In this document: positions 61,520 through 64,000 of the stretch, in pieces
How positions within the stretch are numbered: the stretch's first letter is position 1
Layout of the letters: every line of letters starts with the position of its first letter
Source of the DNA: an uncultured Gemmatimonadales bacterium
GTDB taxonomy: Bacteria; Gemmatimonadota; Gemmatimonadetes; Longimicrobiales; Longimicrobiaceae
DNA length: 64,000 nucleotides
Direction: 5' to 3'
Assembly (NCBI GenBank): GCA_963716255.1
Contig: OY970303.1
Span: 3,776,001 to 3,840,000, forward strand
Made by a program: the position numbers and the translations under genes
Notes under the pieces: generated by a model
Seen by the model: the letters and a program-made list of their open reading frames with translations, nothing else
What the model was told of the DNA's origin: nothing
Databases searched by the model: none

Positions 61520-62704
61520 TCAGCGGCCCCGCAGCCAGTCCAGCGTCTCGCGCAGCGCGGGGAGCGGGTCGGAAAGGCGGAACACTTCGTCGCGGCTCCC
61601 CGGCCCGAAGGCGGCCACGAACCGCGCCACCGCGCCGCCCAGCCCCGGGGCGTCCTCGGCGAGGGCCAGCTCCTCGCGCGAGCGGCGCGCCCGCGCGATC
61701 AGGTGGTCCACCTCGCCCCAGGTCCAGCGCAGCCGCACCCCGGTGCGGTAGGCGAGCACCGGCCGCGGCTTCCTTCCGGCGGCGGCCTCCAGGAGCAGGG
61801 CGGGGAAGTCCACCCCGGCGTCCAGCGCGAGCTGGAGCGACCCCCAGAAGCGTCCGTTGATCTCCATGATGTACGGAGTGCCGGTAGCGGCGTCCACCTT
61901 GTACTCCACCATCGCCACCCCCCGCCAGCCGAAGGCGCGCAGCAGAGCCACGGACCGCTCCAGGAGGCCGGGGTCCAGCGGGTGGCTCTCTCGGTACACG
62001 CTAACCCCGCCCGAGGGCGGCTTCTCGCGGATGCGGCGGTGGGAAAAGGCGGCGACCACCTCGTCCTCCCACAGCAGCACGAAGATTCCCACCCCCGGCC
62101 CCACGATGCGCTCCTGGAGGAGCACCGGGTAGGCGCCCTCCGGCAGTGCGTCCAGAGCCGCGCGCAGCGCCGCCGCGTCGCGCACGTGCGCCACCGCGGA
62201 CTTGGCTCGCGCCCCGTTCTCCTGGACCACCGAGCGCGAGGGCTTCAGCACCAGGGGAAACCTCATCCCCGCCGGGTCGAGCTCCCGCGCCTCCGCCGCG
62301 CTCCCGATCCGCCGCTGCTCCGGCACTCCGATCCCCACGGTGCGCGCGGCCTCCATCACCGCGGCCTTGTCGCAGATCCGCTCGAACTCGGCCACGTCGG
62401 CGAAGGGGAGCTGCGCCCCCAGCGACTCGCGCTCCGGGAGCACCGCCAGCAGCGACGGCTCGGTGATGGGAACGACCACGTCCACCCCGTGCCGGCGGAC
62501 CAGCTCCCGCAGCGCCGCCACGTACCCCGCGGGGTCGCGGAGCGGGTCGGGGACCGTGGCGTGGGCGCGGCAGTGGCGCGAGGCGCCCGCCAGCGAGCGG
62601 GGGCGGACGGAGCACGCGTACACGGTGTGCCCGGCGCGGGCGAGCGAGCGGACCGCGGCGAGCGCGGCGCGCTGCTCGCCGTCCGTGACCAGGACGACGG
62701 CCAC
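61520..62704 (-). CDS. ATP-grasp carboxylate-amine ligase (EPS-associated)
   Basis: FPLVLKP, LLQERI, HRRIREKPPSGG, MVEYK, MEINGRFWGS. Confidence 0.9.
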   Translation of the reverse strand: MAVVLVTDGEQRAALAAVRSLARAGHTVYACSVRPRSLAGASRHCRAHATVPDPLRDPAGYVAALRELVRRHGVDVVVPITEPSLLAVLPERESLGAQLPFADVAEFERICDKAAVMEAARTVGIGVPEQRRIGSAAEARELDPAGMRFPLVLKPSRSVVQENGARAKSAVAHVRDAAALRAALDALPEGAYPVLLQERIVGPGVGIFVLLWEDEVVAAFSHRRIREKPPSGGVSVYRESHPLDPGLLERSVALLRAFGWRGVAMVEYKVDAATGTPYIMEINGRFWGSLQLALDAGVDFPALLLEAAAGRKPRPVLAYRTGVRLRWTWGEVDHLIARARRSREELALAEDAPGLGGAVARFVAAFGPGSRDEVFRLSDPLPALRETLDWLRGR

Positions 62705-62705
62705 G

Positions 62706-63884
62706 CTACACCGCCGCCGGGGCCGCCGCGCCGGGGGCCGGGGCCCGCCCGGCGAGCCCCAGCGCGTCGCGGTACACGGCCTCGTAGCCGGCGACCATCG
62801 CCCCGGTGCTGAACTCCCGCTCCACCCGCGCGCGCCCGGCCCGCGACATCCGCGCGCGCCGCTCCGGGTCGCCGGCCAGGGCGTGGATGGCGCCGGCGAG
62901 CGCCGCCGGGTCGCGGGCGGGCACCAGCACGCCGCTCACGCCGTCCTCCACGATTTCCTCCGGGCCGCCGCAGCGCGTCGCCACCGTGGGGACGCCGCAG
63001 GCCAGCGCCTGCACCGTGGAGAGCGAGAAGCCCTCCGCGTGCGAGCTGAGAGCGTACAGGTCGAGGCTGCGCATGATCTGCGGCACGTCTTCCCGGAAGC
63101 CGGTGAAGTGCACCCGGTCGCGCAGCCCCAGCCCGTCGCGCAGGGCCAGCAGGTCGTGGTGCATCTGCCCGCGGTTGTCGCCCACCACGACGAAGCGGTA
63201 GGCGTCGGAGCGCTCCCGCAGCAGGGCGGCGGCGTGCAGCAGGTCAGGGTACGCCTTGGCCGTGCGCAGGTTGCCCACGGCGCCCACCAGCAGCTGCCCG
63301 GGCTCCACGCCCAGCTCCCGCCGCAGTCCCGCGTCGGAGCCGGGGCGAAAGGCGTGGGCGTCGATCCCGTTGTGGATCACCCGCGTGCGGGCCGGCTCCA
63401 GCCGGTTGCCGTCCAGCACGCTCCGGCGCAGCGCCTCCGACACGAAGACCACGCGGTTCCTGCGGCGGTCGATGATGCGGAACTTGGCCGCGCGGTACGA
63501 CTCGTCCGGGGCCACGTCGGCCTGGCCGTGGAAGGTGCAGACCACCGGCACCCCGCCGAGCCGCCCGGCCAGGCTCCCGTACACGCTGGGCCCCAGCAGG
63601 TGGGCGTGGATCAGCTCCACCCGGTGCCGGCGCACGATGCCCAGAAGGGCGCGCAGGTAGCCCAGGTCGAACGCCCCCTGCGGCGGGACGATCAGCGCGT
63701 CGATCCCCTCCGGCCGCAGCGCCTCCGACAGCCACCCCGCCTCGGAAACCGCGACCACCGGGCGCCAGCGCTCCCGGTCCAGCCCGGTCGCCAGGTTGAA
63801 GAGGATGGTCTCCGCCCCGCCCGGGCCCGCCATGTCGATGAGGTGGAGTACGGTCCTGGGCCGTGCGCCGCGCGGCTCGGTCAA
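62706..63884 (-). CDS. Glycosyltransferase family 4
   Basis: GGAE, IHAH, IHNGID, GNLRTAK, SHAEGFSLSTVQA, CGGPEEIV. Confidence 0.92.
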   Translation of the reverse strand: MTEPRGARPRTVLHLIDMAGPGGAETILFNLATGLDRERWRPVVAVSEAGWLSEALRPEGIDALIVPPQGAFDLGYLRALLGIVRRHRVELIHAHLLGPSVYGSLAGRLGGVPVVCTFHGQADVAPDESYRAAKFRIIDRRRNRVVFVSEALRRSVLDGNRLEPARTRVIHNGIDAHAFRPGSDAGLRRELGVEPGQLLVGAVGNLRTAKAYPDLLHAAALLRERSDAYRFVVVGDNRGQMHHDLLALRDGLGLRDRVHFTGFREDVPQIMRSLDLYALSSHAEGFSLSTVQALACGVPTVATRCGGPEEIVEDGVSGVLVPARDPAALAGAIHALAGDPERRARMSRAGRARVEREFSTGAMVAGYEAVYRDALGLAGRAPAPGAAAPAAV

Positions 63885-64000
63885 TGCTCGGGCTCCGGTG
63901 AAGCGGGTGCGGAAGGTGGACGGTGCCGGCGCCCGCCCCGAGGGCAGGGGGCATGCCGGAACCTCGCCGGGGCGGCGAGCCCTCGCAAGGCCACGGCTGC

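Overview
Very GC-rich bacterial chromosomal segment; gene content and style suggest Gemmatimonadota (Longimicrobium-like), which is an inference. The left half (1-35.6 kb) mixes housekeeping and signalling genes: PAS kinases and response regulators, a sulfatase, an MFS transporter, xseAB, an M28 peptidase, a HigBA toxin-antitoxin pair, a USP, a patatin-like/GNAT fusion, a VIT1 protein and a PAS-GGDEF-EAL protein. It also carries an IS5-family element, a small lower-GC islet and many intergenic repeats. The right half (35.7-64 kb) is an exopolysaccharide/cell-surface locus with a TonB-dependent receptor, nucleotide-sugar enzymes, an LMW phosphatase, XrtA/PEP-CTERM-type deacetylase and FemAB, DegT, CapK, GT4s, VanZ and an ATP-grasp protein. 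Most notable: (1) two dispersed genes for small secreted 6-Cys peptides with a conserved leader and unrelated cores, one with a defensin-like CSab motif; (2) two GEMM-I riboswitches with the A20 variant linked to 3',3'-cGAMP sensing, upstream of surface proteins; (3) three paralogous exported proteins that carry the same C-terminal domain on different stalks; (4) a ~140-nt structured repeat with strong covariation in 7 full copies; (5) a sigma54 promoter set with a shared palindromic enhancer-like motif; (6) a degenerate WecB-like pseudo-enzyme; (7) an unannotated 20-aa ORF ending in VSGG.
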